A stretch of 64,000 nucleotides of DNA from Terriglobia bacterium (GCA_965223005.1 CBDCVK010000010.1:489322-553321), one strand, 5' to 3'; shown: positions 40,740 to 50,463, numbered from the stretch's first letter. Program-made: numbers and translations. Notes: generated by a model not told the origin, from the letters alone.

Positions 40740-41606
40740 TCACGGCTTTGTCTTATGAGCGCTAAGCAGAAATCCAGACACGATTCCAATGAGCTGGATT
40801 GCTGCTCGCGCTTCTACATCTGAAACGGTCGGCAGCCAAGGTCTTCCGTGTCCAGTACCCTCCTTGTTTCTGAGAGCGTTCACAGCACAACCAGTCTCGT
40901 ATAGAGCCCGCGCCAGTCGACGCTGTGGCGGTTCGGTTTGCTGTGGTGCGGTAAGTGGAGTTGCGAGCTCTAATGCTGTGAACGCCTGACCGAGCAGTGT
41001 GGGGAAGTTGGCTTGTTGAGGATACTGTCCGTAGCGTTCATAGATCACGTGAGCCGCTGTGGCCTCCAACAGGTCTTTGCCCGCGCCCACCAAGAGCGCG
41101 GCATCCTGACTTCCTCGTCGGGCACGCCGAACATACGCCTCTAGGGCGCTTGTTAACTGCACACCAGTGAGCGTGTCGATACTAGTGGGTTGGAGCTCTC
41201 CTTCCGCCGTGAGCACATACCCTTCACCGCGGAATGCGTCCGCAGCATCTGTGATTGCGTCTTCCCTGACAAAGTTGGGAGACCCGCGGCGGAATCCACC
41301 CTTTCCCCGAATCAGCGCAACCAGTGCAGCTAGGAAGACCTCTCCGCTTTCGGGAGCATTATCCAACGCCCAGCTCAACACTGCTCGAACTCTCTTCGCC
41401 TTACCGACGATTTGCCCCTGCAATTTGGGATCGCCTGCGCCCAGATCTGCGCGAGTAATCCGGAACTCGATGTCGGAATGGCTTGGCTCGCGCGTTTCTG
41501 TCTGCGCGTCGTCTACAAGGCGAGCGACCGCGGTTATGATGGCGTCACTGAGCGGCGCGTGCGGTCGTTTTTCTCGTTGATTCGTTGTCACACTTGACCA
41601 CCCCAC
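40740..41606 (-). CDS. Abortive-infection-like protein with a C-terminal Abi_C/HEPN domain (AbiJ-like architecture)
   Basis: C-terminal ...ALYETGCAVNALRNKEGTGHGRPW... carries the HEPN Rx4-6H motif (R-NKEGTG-H), in the context typical of the Abi_C family (RN..GtGHG). The N-terminal ~180 aa are unassigned. Confidence 0.5.
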   Translation of the reverse strand: MGWSSVTTNQREKRPHAPLSDAIITAVARLVDDAQTETREPSHSDIEFRITRADLGAGDPKLQGQIVGKAKRVRAVLSWALDNAPESGEVFLAALVALIRGKGGFRRGSPNFVREDAITDAADAFRGEGYVLTAEGELQPTSIDTLTGVQLTSALEAYVRRARRGSQDAALLVGAGKDLLEATAAHVIYERYGQYPQQANFPTLLGQAFTALELATPLTAPQQTEPPQRRLARALYETGCAVNALRNKEGTGHGRPWLPTVSDVEARAAIQLIGIVSGFLLSAHKTKP

Positions 41607-41642
41607 CCAATACCGATGTGAACCAGCCTAACGCAATGAAGC

Positions 41643-42221
41643 TCAGTCGCGCGGCGCCTTCTTGCAGTTCGCTGCATCCTGGCACTCCACAGCTACGCTT
41701 GGTCGCTTCGAGACCTGGCTCCTCCCCTTATTCCACAGAGCGCCAAGGACCCCCAACCACACGGTCCCGACAAACACCATGACCCAAGGGTGAACGCACT
41801 TCTCATACAGGTGAACGCACTTCTCATACAAGTTGAACAGTAACTTGACGCCTACCACGGTGAACGAACCCACGAACATATGCCACATGTGGGGCCACCT
41901 CGGCGTTGTATCCTGTAGGAAATCCTTGAGTTTCCCTTCTTGTAGTAATTCGTGGTGAAGGCGCGACCGGAAAAATCGAAAGGTGGCGACGTAATACACC
42001 CCCATCACGGTCAAGAGAAGGCCAGCGGACTCAGGCCACAACTCTTCGGCGTTTTTGTCATCAAAGCTAGCCGCGAGCAGAGCACCAACCCCAGCTGAGA
42101 AAATGGTGATTACGACCCATTGGAGTTGGTCATAGTGTCGGCTCCACTCCTGCCCATGCTGGTGCGCATCCTGGTCGGTTTTCTTTCTTTCTTTTTCCTC
42201 GTCTTCCTTTTCCACCGACAC
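41643..42221 (-). CDS. Hypothetical multi-TM membrane protein in a lower-G+C patch; carries an internal 21-bp tandem duplication
   Basis: 192 aa. Acidic N-terminus (SVEKEDEEKERKK) then 4 TM helices. LYEKCVH is duplicated (41790-41831). Codon usage is visibly AT-richer than its neighbours. Confidence 0.45.
   Translation of the reverse strand: MSVEKEDEEKERKKTDQDAHQHGQEWSRHYDQLQWVVITIFSAGVGALLAASFDDKNAEELWPESAGLLLTVMGVYYVATFRFFRSRLHHELLQEGKLKDFLQDTTPRWPHMWHMFVGSFTVVGVKLLFNLYEKCVHLYEKCVHPWVMVFVGTVWLGVLGALWNKGRSQVSKRPSVAVECQDAANCKKAPRD
41790..41831 (+). repeat. 2 x 21-bp tandem repeat GTGAACGCACTTCTCATACA(G/A)
   Basis: Read directly from the sequence. Encodes LYEKCVH-LYEKCVH on the minus strand. 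Confidence 0.8.
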
Positions 42222-42664
42222 CTCCCTTGCAGCCTAACTCTTGTTTATGCTGTCCCGCATAAAATCCGTCCCGGTCGGCACAAGAGGAAACCCCCACAGC
42301 CGGGCTGCGGTGGTGACTTCTGAGTTCAGCGGAATTCGCGTCCGCGTGCAATTATAGCTGACCGAGATGCCTTAGAGCGGTTGACGATAGTGCGCTATAG
42401 CCTTGTAGCCAATCCTTCTTCCCGTGTGCCTGTTGCTGTCGCGAACAGCCCTTTACACCAACAAACGATTACCGCCCAATAAACGCTGTTCCCGGATTGT
42501 GACTTCGGGCTGGGATGCGCCGGTTTCCAGTTCAAACTGACCGACTAGCGGAGGGGTGGGTCGTTGATGCGGTTAGGGGCGTGTGCTAGGATGGGCGTCT
42601 TGGAAGCCGCCGGGAAAATCTACCGGGGCGGAGCCTTCCCTTTCCGCTCCAAGGAGCTTCTGCC

Positions 42665-44776
42665 TTGAAGGTGTACCACGGCAAAGACATCCGCAACGTT
42701 GGGGTGGTTGGCCACGGGGATGCCGGTAAGACCACGCTGGTCTCCGGGCTGCTCTACACGGCCGGCATTGTGACCCGGCTGGGCCGTGTGGACGACGGCA
42801 ACACGGTGACTGATTTCGACGAGGAGGAAATCCAGCGCCGGGTGAGCATCTCGACCGGGCTGGCCTACCTGGAATGGAAGAAGGTCAAGGTCAATCTGCT
42901 GGATACGCCCGGCTACAACATCTTCCTGAATGACGCCAAAGGCAGTCTGGTCGCCGCCGATACCGCGCTGGTGGTGGTGGACGGGGTGGCAGGAGTGGAA
43001 GTGCAGACCGAAAAAGTGTGGGGCTTTGCCGAGGAGAACAGCCAGCCCCGGCTGCTGGTGATCAACAAGATGGATCGGGAGCGGGCCAGCTTCGAGCGGG
43101 CGATGGAATCCATCGGCAACGTATTCGGCCGCGCGGCCATTCCTCTCCAGTTGCCGATCGGAGAAGAACGCGGCTTCCGCGGCGTGGTGGATCTGCTGCG
43201 GATGAAGGCGTTCACCTACCAGAATGACGGGGACGGCAAGGGAGCGGAAGCCGACATTCCCCCCGAGCTGGCCGAGGCCGCCGGGGCTGCCCGCGACAAG
43301 CTGGTGGAGATGATCGCCGAGGGCAAAGATTCACTCATGGAGGAGTTCTTCGACCAGGGCACCCTGAGTCCGGAACACCTGCAGGAGGGGCTGCAGGAAG
43401 CCATCCGCGCCAGCAGGATTTATCCCGTGTTTTGTGTCTCGGGCTATCACAACGTGGGCAACGACCTGTTATTGGATTTTCTGGTGGATTTCTTGCCCAC
43501 CGCGGTCGAGCGCGGTTCGGTCTCTGGCAGCGTTCCGGGAGACGGCGCCGGTCCGCTCGCCCGGAAGCTGGCGGACTCCGAACCTGTTTCCCTGTTTGTC
43601 TTCAAGACCAGCGCCGACCCGTTCGCCGGCCGCCTCTCCTACTTCAAGGTCTACTCCGGAGTGCTGAAGAACGACACCACCCTGGTGAATTTCAACAAGG
43701 GACACCAGGAGCGGCTTGCCCACATCACGGTGGCGCAGGGCAAAGAGCATGCCGGAGTGCAGGAGATCCGGGCGGGGGACCTGGGGGTGGTCACCAAGCT
43801 GAAAGACACCGTAACGGGCCAGACGCTGGGGGACAAGGCGGCCCCGATTCTGTATTCTCCCGTGAAGCTGCCCGAGCCGCTGATTGCCTTCGCCATCCAG
43901 CCCAAGTCGCGGGCCGATGAGGACCGCCTGGGCCCCGCCTTGCACAGGATCCTGGAGGAGGACCCGTCGCTGCGCTTCTACCGCGACCCGCGAACCCACG
44001 AATTCCTGCTAGCCGGGGCCGGGCAGCAGCACGTGGAGGTGATCGTCTCCCGGCTCAAGCGGCGCTACCACGTGGAGGTGCAGTTGAAGGCGCCCAAGGT
44101 GCCCTACCGCGAGACCATCCGCGGCACTGCCGACGTAGAAGGCAAGCATAAGAAACAAACGGGCGGCCACGGCCAGTTCGGCGTCTGCCAAATCAAGATG
44201 GAACCGACGCCGCGCGGAGCCGGCTTTGAGTTTGTCAACGACATCTTCGGCGGGGCCATCCCCAAGAACTACATCCCGGCGGTGGAGAAGGGCATCGTCG
44301 AGTCTGCCCAACGCGGCTTTCTGGCAGGCTATCCGGTGGTGGACTTCCGCGCCACCCTCCATGATGGGAAGTATCACGATGTGGATAGTTCAGAGTTGGC
44401 CTTCAAGATTGCCGGTTCGCTGGCCTTCAAGAGCGCCATGAAGGAGGCCAAGCCCATCTTGCTGGAGCCGATCATGAGCGTGGAAGTCCTCTCGCCGGAC
44501 CAATTCGCCGGCGACCTCATGGGAGACCTAAACTCCCGACGGGGCCGCATCCAGGGCATGGAGAACCGGGGGACGCTCACGGTGATCAAAGCGCAAGTGC
44601 CGATGGCCGAGATGCTAACCTATGCCACCGACCTGACCTCCAAAACCCAGGGGCGCGCCAGCTATAGCATGGAATTCTCCCACTACGACACGGTGCCACA
44701 GCAGATTGCCGATAAGGTGATCGCTGCCACGAAAGCGGCGCGTGCGGCCGAGGCAGCGGGGGAGGGAGAAGCATAG
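42665..44776 (+). CDS. fusA: Elongation factor G (EF-G family translational GTPase, possibly an EF-G2 paralogue)
   Basis: 703 aa. G-domain motifs GHGDAGKTT, DTPGY, NKMD, plus EF-G domains II-V. Confidence 0.9.
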   Translation: MKVYHGKDIRNVGVVGHGDAGKTTLVSGLLYTAGIVTRLGRVDDGNTVTDFDEEEIQRRVSISTGLAYLEWKKVKVNLLDTPGYNIFLNDAKGSLVAADTALVVVDGVAGVEVQTEKVWGFAEENSQPRLLVINKMDRERASFERAMESIGNVFGRAAIPLQLPIGEERGFRGVVDLLRMKAFTYQNDGDGKGAEADIPPELAEAAGAARDKLVEMIAEGKDSLMEEFFDQGTLSPEHLQEGLQEAIRASRIYPVFCVSGYHNVGNDLLLDFLVDFLPTAVERGSVSGSVPGDGAGPLARKLADSEPVSLFVFKTSADPFAGRLSYFKVYSGVLKNDTTLVNFNKGHQERLAHITVAQGKEHAGVQEIRAGDLGVVTKLKDTVTGQTLGDKAAPILYSPVKLPEPLIAFAIQPKSRADEDRLGPALHRILEEDPSLRFYRDPRTHEFLLAGAGQQHVEVIVSRLKRRYHVEVQLKAPKVPYRETIRGTADVEGKHKKQTGGHGQFGVCQIKMEPTPRGAGFEFVNDIFGGAIPKNYIPAVEKGIVESAQRGFLAGYPVVDFRATLHDGKYHDVDSSELAFKIAGSLAFKSAMKEAKPILLEPIMSVEVLSPDQFAGDLMGDLNSRRGRIQGMENRGTLTVIKAQVPMAEMLTYATDLTSKTQGRASYSMEFSHYDTVPQQIADKVIAATKAARAAEAAGEGEA

Positions 44777-45018
44777 CCTGCTCCGGGCAATCTTGTTGAT
44801 CCCCTGAGCGCGCATTGCTTTCCGTTGTCAACCGGCGGGTTCCAACCGGCTACCATCAAGATTCCATCCTTTTGGCAAACCTACACGTCTCTTGGCGGGA
44901 CACTACCAGCAGGCTATTGGGTTGACCTGTGGCAATCCTGTGTAGTAAACTTTTTTGACGGATTGTAAACGTAGCGAGTGGGAAGCCAACCTAGAGGGAC
45001 AGCATTCTTAGGAAATCT

Positions 45019-46848
45019 ATGAAACGGGGAAGTGTTGTCCTCCTGCTTGGGCTAGTGTTCCTGTTGGTGGGGTTGTCGGGCTGCGAAATGCCCGGCAGAA
45101 AAAGGGTCCTGGTCGTTCCTCCCGTTAAACACATTCCTCCTCCTTTGCCCTTAAAGCCGGCCCCTGAGCTGGTGACCGAGAAGGTGGTAGCGGCTTCTCC
45201 CGCGCTTCCACAGCCGAATCCCGCGCAGGAGCTCATTGTCCAGAGTGAGGCCGCGTACCAGGCGGGGGTCGCAGCTTATGAGTCTGGCCACCTGGAGCGA
45301 GCCAAGCGCGAGTTTGATCAGGCGGTGGACCTCCTGCTGGAGGGGCCAACCGACCTGGCGTCCGACGCCCGGATGGAAAAGCACTTAGAAAAGCTGGTGG
45401 ACCAAATTCACAATTATGAGCTGCTGGCTCTACAGGAGGGGGACGGCTTTACCGAGCAGCGCCCTGTGCCGGCTGCGGTGGACGAAATTGCCGACCTCAC
45501 CTTCACCTTCTCCTCCAGCCCAATCCTCAAAGAGAGGGTCGAGCAGGAGGTCCGGGAAACAACCTCCGACCTTCCGCTGGTCATCAACGAGCACGTGCTG
45601 GGCTACATCAATTACTTGTCTACCCGGGGCAAAGGCGGCCTGCAGACCACGTTGCAGCGGGCTGGCCGCTACCGGGCCATGATCTCCCGCATTCTGCGCG
45701 AGGAAGGCGTACCCCAAGACCTGATTTACCTGGCTCAGGCGGAATCGGCCTTTCAGCCCTGGGCGGTTTCTCGAGCCGGGGCCCGCGGGATGTGGCAATT
45801 CATGCGCAGCCGCGGCCGCGAGTATGGCCTAATTATCAACTGGTGGGTGGATGAGCGGCAGGACCCGGAAAAGTCCACCCGCGCGGCGGCTCGCCACTTG
45901 AAAGACCTCCACCAAGCCTTCGGGGATTGGTATCTGGCGATGGCCGCCTACAATTCCGGACCCGCCAGGGTGCAACGCGCGATTCAACGAACCGGGTATG
46001 CCGATTTCTGGGAGCTGCTGAAGCGCAACGCGCTGCCGCGCGAAACCCGGAACTATGTACCGATTATCTTGGCCACCACCATCGTGGCCAAAAACCCGGA
46101 AAAGTACGGGCTCGACCGTGTCTCACCGCAATTGCCGGTGGCGCTCGAGACGGTGACAATTTCCACTCCTACCGACCTGCGGCTGATCGCCGAGACCATA
46201 GATTGCAGCGTCAATCTGCTGCAAACCGTGAACCCCAGCCTCCTCCGGCTCGTTACTCCCAAAGGGGAGTTCGAGTTGAAACTGCCTGCCGGGACGAAGC
46301 AGCGTTTCCTGGAGCAGATTGCCCGGATCCCGGAGAACAAGCGGGTGTTTTGGCGCTGGCACCGCGTGGCTCCAGGTGAGAGCCTCGGCAAGATCGCTGG
46401 CCGGTACAAGACGACGGTGGCCGCCATCGCCAAGGTCAACGAACTGAAAGTCAAGGCTCCTTTGCCGGTGAACGCCAAGCTGGTGATTCCGGTCACCAGC
46501 AGGCAGGCGGCACAAACAGGGACAGTACGATTGCGCTACCGGATCCGGTGGGGCGATACCCTGTCCGAACTTGCCGAGCGCTTCGGCGTTTCCATCTCGA
46601 ACCTCCGCCGCTGGAACCGGATCCGGGGCAGTCGCCTGGTTGCCGGGCGCTTTCTGGTCATTTACGCCAAGCAGCCGGGCACGGGTCGCACGACCTCCAG
46701 GCGGCGCTCCTCCAGCAAGGCGGGAGGAAAGGCGGTTCGCACTTCCGACGCTAACCGCAAGGAAAACAAAAGGTTAGCAAAGACCAAGACTCCCCCTGCC
46801 AACCTTCCCCTGCCCCCTGTGACTGGAACGCGCCCAGCAGTTCGTTGA
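45019..46848 (+). CDS. mltD: Membrane-bound lytic murein transglycosylase D-like (SLT domain with C-terminal LysM repeats)
   Basis: Lipoprotein-type signal ([15 protein letters not shown]). Transglycosylase motifs ([30 protein letters not shown]). Two LysM ([11 protein letters not shown].., [13 protein letters not shown]..). Confidence 0.85.
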   Translation: MKRGSVVLLLGLVFLLVGLSGCEMPGRKRVLVVPPVKHIPPPLPLKPAPELVTEKVVAASPALPQPNPAQELIVQSEAAYQAGVAAYESGHLERAKREFDQAVDLLLEGPTDLASDARMEKHLEKLVDQIHNYELLALQEGDGFTEQRPVPAAVDEIADLTFTFSSSPILKERVEQEVRETTSDLPLVINEHVLGYINYLSTRGKGGLQTTLQRAGRYRAMISRILREEGVPQDLIYLAQAESAFQPWAVSRAGARGMWQFMRSRGREYGLIINWWVDERQDPEKSTRAAARHLKDLHQAFGDWYLAMAAYNSGPARVQRAIQRTGYADFWELLKRNALPRETRNYVPIILATTIVAKNPEKYGLDRVSPQLPVALETVTISTPTDLRLIAETIDCSVNLLQTVNPSLLRLVTPKGEFELKLPAGTKQRFLEQIARIPENKRVFWRWHRVAPGESLGKIAGRYKTTVAAIAKVNELKVKAPLPVNAKLVIPVTSRQAAQTGTVRLRYRIRWGDTLSELAERFGVSISNLRRWNRIRGSRLVAGRFLVIYAKQPGTGRTTSRRRSSSKAGGKAVRTSDANRKENKRLAKTKTPPANLPLPPVTGTRPAVR

Positions 46849-46901
46849 AATCATGCCCCCCTTCCTCTCTGACTTTTTCCTGTGCCACATCTAGTCCGCT
46901 C

Positions 46902-46930
46902 TTGACAGCTTGGCGGCAGTGGAGTTAATT
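46902..46930 (+). promoter_or_regulatory. Sigma70-like promoter: -35 TTGACA (46902-46907), 17-bp spacer, -10 TTAATT (46925-46930)
   Basis: Perfect -35 hexamer with canonical spacing, about 95 bp upstream of the GTG start of the H1-like gene. Confidence 0.4.
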
Positions 46931-46964
46931 TCGCGCGGGGAAAACGTTTATCCGCGCATTTGTT

Positions 46965-46995
46965 TGACCAGGGTTCTCGTTGATCAGGGTTCTCG
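46965..46995 (+). promoter_or_regulatory. Two adjacent 15-bp direct repeats TGA(C/T)CAGGGTTCTCG in the 5' leader of the H1-like gene
   Basis: tgaccagggttctcg t tgatcagggttctcg. Preceded by a GC inverted repeat GCGCGG..(13)..CCGCGC (46933-46957). Confidence 0.35.
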
Positions 46996-47020
46996 AAAAT
47001 CTATACCAAAGCGGTAGTGA

Positions 47021-47509
47021 GTGGAGCACATGATGGCGATCGACTATCGGCAGGAGGAAGACAGCGAGATGGAAGAGCTGGGGTTAGGCTCCCAACACGA
47101 GGAAGAAGCGGAGGGGGAAACACTGGAACAAGAAGTGATCGGCGGCGTGCCTGAGCTGTTCCCACCTGTTCCCGTGCCTCTGCCAGCGCCGGCCGCTCCG
47201 GCACCCCCAAGGGTCCGGAGGGCAACGAAGAAGCCGGCCCGCAGGCCAGCCAGGAGAAAGCCGGCCCGCAGGCCAGCCAGGAGAAAGCCGGCCCGCAGGC
47301 CAGCCAGGAGAAAGCCGGCTCGCAGGCCAGCCAGGAGAAAGCCGGCTCGCAGGCCAGCCAGGAGAAAGCCGGCTCGCAGGCCAGCCAGGAGAAAGCCAGC
47401 CCGCAGGCCGGCCAGGAGAAAGCCAGCCCGCAGGCCGGCCAGGAGAAAGTCGGCTAGAGCCAGACCCAAGAGGAGGGCGAAGGCCAAGAAAATCCGGCGG
47501 CGGCGCTAG
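47021..47509 (+). CDS. Histone H1-like / AlgP-like basic protein: acidic N-terminal domain plus C-terminal (KPARRPARR)x8 repeats
   Basis: 162 aa. The N-terminus is rich in E/D (EEDSEMEEL...HEEEAEGETLEQE). A PVPLPAPAAPAPP linker follows. Then 8 copies of KPARRPARR and a KRRAKAKKIRRRR tail. Confidence 0.7.
   Translation: MEHMMAIDYRQEEDSEMEELGLGSQHEEEAEGETLEQEVIGGVPELFPPVPVPLPAPAAPAPPRVRRATKKPARRPARRKPARRPARRKPARRPARRKPARRPARRKPARRPARRKPARRPARRKPARRPARRKPARRPARRKSARARPKRRAKAKKIRRRR
47231..47446 (+). repeat. 8 x 27-bp in-frame tandem repeat AAGCCGGCCCGCAGGCCAGCCAGGAGA (minor variants)
   Basis: Read directly from the sequence. Encodes KPARRPARR x8. Confidence 0.85.
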
Positions 47510-47717
47510 GCTAGGCCACGGCAGGACAAATCTTTTGCTGCCCGACTGCTTCCTGATTGGCGTTCCGGCGATTTTTGCCGCGCTGGGCTTGCTGAGCAGG
47601 TGGCTGAGCAACCTTGATTTTCGGCGCAAAGGCAATCCTAGCCGTCCCGGGCTCTGCGGCTTGCTGGCGCCGGCGGAATACCCTTCCGCTTCCGGGCAAG
47701 CGCCGTAAGCCAGCTTG

Positions 47718-47939
47718 CTAGGCCGTTTCCACTGCTTTTTCCACCGCAGCCCGGCAACGGGAGTAAAGTTTCAGCAAACTCTCAGCTACGTCTTCGCTCT
47801 TCTCCGGCTTGGCCTGGAATCCTGCCGAGACAGCCGGGCGGTCGTATCCGGTTGTTATGGCGATGAACTTCATCAAGTCCAGGGCAATATCCTCCACCCG
47901 CCGCGTGCCCGATCCCACCGCAATGGATTCTTCCGGCAT
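47718..47939 (-). CDS. Hypothetical small protein
   Basis: 73-aa ORF with non-repetitive, protein-like composition (EDIALDLMKFIAITTGYDRPAV...). No recognised motif. Confidence 0.3.
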   Translation of the reverse strand: MPEESIAVGSGTRRVEDIALDLMKFIAITTGYDRPAVSAGFQAKPEKSEDVAESLLKLYSRCRAAVEKAVETA

Positions 47940-47965
47940 GTGTGCTCTCCTAAAGATTTCGTCTG

Positions 47966-48484
47966 ATGGCGCACAGCTACTATACTTGCTGTGTGGAAGA
48001 CTGGGAAAGCGTCGCGTTACCGGGACCGGCGCTGGACTACGACTGGGTAACAGATCGGCTGGCCGTGGGCGGCGCCATTTGGACCCGCAGAAACATGCAA
48101 TTGTTGGCCGCCGCTGGCATCACCCATGTCGTGAACATGCAGCTGGAGTTCAACGACTCGCAGATCTCCGACGGCACCGGCGTGTCCGTGCTGTGGAACC
48201 CCTGCGATGACGATTTTCTGGAAAAGCCACCGGAGCTGTTTCGGCAGGGAGTGGAGTTCGCCCTGCATGCCTACCAGGAGCCTGGCTCGCGGATCTACTT
48301 TCACTGCTCGGCCGGCGTTCACCGTGGGCCCATGATGCTGCTGGCGTTTCTGAGCGCCCAGGATATGAGCATGGACGCGGCCGTGGCCCTGATCCGCAGC
48401 AAGCGTCCCGGCGCCGACTTCCCCGCCGTCTACCGGAACAGCGTCGAGCGTTTCCTGGCCACCTACCACAGGCTGTCCAAGTAA
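47966..48484 (+). CDS. Dual-specificity (Cys-based) protein phosphatase
   Basis: HCxxGxxR P-loop (FHCSAGVHRGP) in a 172-aa DSP-sized protein. Confidence 0.75.
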   Translation: MAHSYYTCCVEDWESVALPGPALDYDWVTDRLAVGGAIWTRRNMQLLAAAGITHVVNMQLEFNDSQISDGTGVSVLWNPCDDDFLEKPPELFRQGVEFALHAYQEPGSRIYFHCSAGVHRGPMMLLAFLSAQDMSMDAAVALIRSKRPGADFPAVYRNSVERFLATYHRLSK

Positions 48485-48593
48485 CTGGGCTCGTTTTCCC
48501 GAGACCAGCCAAGCTTCCAGAATGGGCTGCCGATTCCGGAACTTGCCCCACTGGGCCCGGAATTCGCCGCATTTGAGCTAAGATGGCGCCGTC

Positions 48594-49409
48594 ATGCCCA
48601 GGGCCCTCTTCCAGGTGCAGCGCATGCGCGGCGGAGCCCAATCGCACCTGATTTTCTGTGAAAATGGCAGCTTCTATGTCGTGAAGTTTCAAAACAACCC
48701 CCAGCATGTCCGTGTTTTGGCCAATGAAATGCTAGCTACTTCGCTGGCAAACTTTCTTGGGCTACCGGTCCCCGAGTTTGCCGAGGTGGAGGTGTCAGCG
48801 GAGCTGCTTGAGCGCGCTCCAGAGCTGAGTTTCCAGGCTGTCCAGGGACGTGTGGGTTGCGCCGCCGGCCGGCACTTCGGCTCGAAGTTGCCGGTTAATC
48901 CCTCGCGCGAACCACTCTACGATTTTGTCCCGGACCAGACGCTGGCGCTGTTAGCGAATCGCCAAGCCTTCGCCGGCATGTTGGCCTTTGACCAGTGGAC
49001 GTGCAATGCCGACGCGCGCCAGGCAGTGTTCTGTCGAGCCCCGGATTCGGGGGGTCGTTACCGGGCTCTGATGGTCGACCAGGGCTTTTGCTTCAACAAT
49101 GGCGAGTGGAATTTCCCCGACTCGCCTCTCCGCGGGCTGTATCCGCGGTTGGTCGTTTATGAGGGCGTGACGGGCTGGGACAGCTTTGATCCCTGGTTGA
49201 CGCTGTTGCGCGAGATGGACTGGCGCGTGGCGGAAGAGTTTGCCGGCCGGGTTCCGCCCGCCTGGTACGACGCTGAGGACGCGGCCTTACAGAAGTTGGT
49301 GGAAGCTCTGGACCGTCGCCGCCGCCGCCTTCCAGAACTCCTGGAGGCCGTGCGGCGGAGCCCGAAGAATCCGTTCCCCAACTGGCGATTGCAACTGGCC
49401 GCCAGGTAA
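48594..49409 (+). CDS. HipA_C-like kinase-fold protein with a non-canonical catalytic motif (possible pseudokinase)
   Basis: GGAQSH.. (compare the HipA Gly-rich loop AGAQxK), YVVKF...NEMLATSLANFLGLPVPEF (compare HipA yIlKf...nE..rLA...Gi.vpe), and FDQWTCNADARQ. The last aligns to the HipA catalytic loop, but DHxKN is replaced by ARQAV. Confidence 0.4.
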   Translation: MPRALFQVQRMRGGAQSHLIFCENGSFYVVKFQNNPQHVRVLANEMLATSLANFLGLPVPEFAEVEVSAELLERAPELSFQAVQGRVGCAAGRHFGSKLPVNPSREPLYDFVPDQTLALLANRQAFAGMLAFDQWTCNADARQAVFCRAPDSGGRYRALMVDQGFCFNNGEWNFPDSPLRGLYPRLVVYEGVTGWDSFDPWLTLLREMDWRVAEEFAGRVPPAWYDAEDAALQKLVEALDRRRRRLPELLEAVRRSPKNPFPNWRLQLAAR

Positions 49410-49548
49410 GGAGTGGCGGCCAACGGGCCGCGGATAACCTCCGGTGCATAGCCGCCATAGAATAGCCGGAGATCAGAAGCGCCGCGGGCAAGCTACGGCG
49501 GTAGTCAGGAAGCAGGCGGCAGTGAGGTAGCAGAGGGAGGGGTAGCAG

Positions 49549-50334
49549 ATGGAAACATTTCGATTTCAGTTGCTGCGCTACGTGCCCGATCCAGTCAAGA
49601 ACGAATTTATCAACATCGGCGTGGTGCTGCTGGACGACCTCAGCCATTCGCTGGGCGTCCGCATGGCCAGTGAGGCCGACCTGCGCCGCGTGCGCTGTGT
49701 CCATCCGGGCGCCGACCTGGACTTGCTTCGTTCCTGGCAGGCCACCGTGGAAGACGAACTGGCTCGCCAGCCCGAGGCGGCAGGCGAGTGGCTGCGTTCC
49801 CTGGAGGAGGTGGCGTCCCACTCGCTTCGCTGGACCTCGCCGGCGGGTTGCCAGAGCCGGGACGCACCGGTCGCACTGCAGGAACTCTACGAACGGTTCG
49901 TGGCCTCACCGCCGCGGGCCGCTGTGGGCGTCCGTCCTGGAACCGCTGCCTGGGTGAAGCGGGAGGCCGACAGCGTATTCCGGGCTTCGGGGTTGCTGGA
50001 GCATTTCCAAAGCGGAGTTTGGGCCCAGCGCTTCACCTATCCGGGCGACCCATTCCGCATTCACTACGCCTATAGCAATGGCGCGCCTCGCTACATCCAC
50101 ATGCTCTCTCTTGAGCATTCGATACAGCAGGCCAAGGTCCTGGCATTCACCTTCGAACGCATCCAGCGCAACGGGCAGGGGGCTCTGACCTCGGTGGTGG
50201 AGCCGGAACCCCGGCCCATCCCGACGGTCCAGTTCACGCGTCAGTTGCTGGAACAGAGCGGCATTGAAGTCGTTTCACTGGACCGCATCCAGGCCTTGGT
50301 GCGGAGGGCCAGGGAGGAGCTCCGTCTCGTTTAG
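49549..50334 (+). CDS. DUF3037-like protein
   Basis: N-terminus METFRFQLLRYVPDPVKNEFINIGVVLLD matches the characteristic DUF3037 signature (..LRYvPd...gE.iNiGVVL.). Confidence 0.55.
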   Translation: METFRFQLLRYVPDPVKNEFINIGVVLLDDLSHSLGVRMASEADLRRVRCVHPGADLDLLRSWQATVEDELARQPEAAGEWLRSLEEVASHSLRWTSPAGCQSRDAPVALQELYERFVASPPRAAVGVRPGTAAWVKREADSVFRASGLLEHFQSGVWAQRFTYPGDPFRIHYAYSNGAPRYIHMLSLEHSIQQAKVLAFTFERIQRNGQGALTSVVEPEPRPIPTVQFTRQLLEQSGIEVVSLDRIQALVRRAREELRLV

Positions 50335-50463
50335 CGATCGCGTTGACCAACCTTCCGCGTTTCTATCTGCGAAATCTGTGTAAATCTGCCGATTGATTCC
50401 TGTCTGGTTTTAAGAAACACTGATCAACTGACGGATTTCTGTTAGGACTGAGGAGGTCCCCTA

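Noticed and set aside
47231-47446. Regular 27-bp repeats as a possible CRISPR-like array
   Set aside because: The repeats are contiguous with no spacers, in frame, and encode KPARRPARR within an ORF. This is a coding tandem repeat, not CRISPR. No CRISPR arrays or cas genes were seen anywhere in the window.
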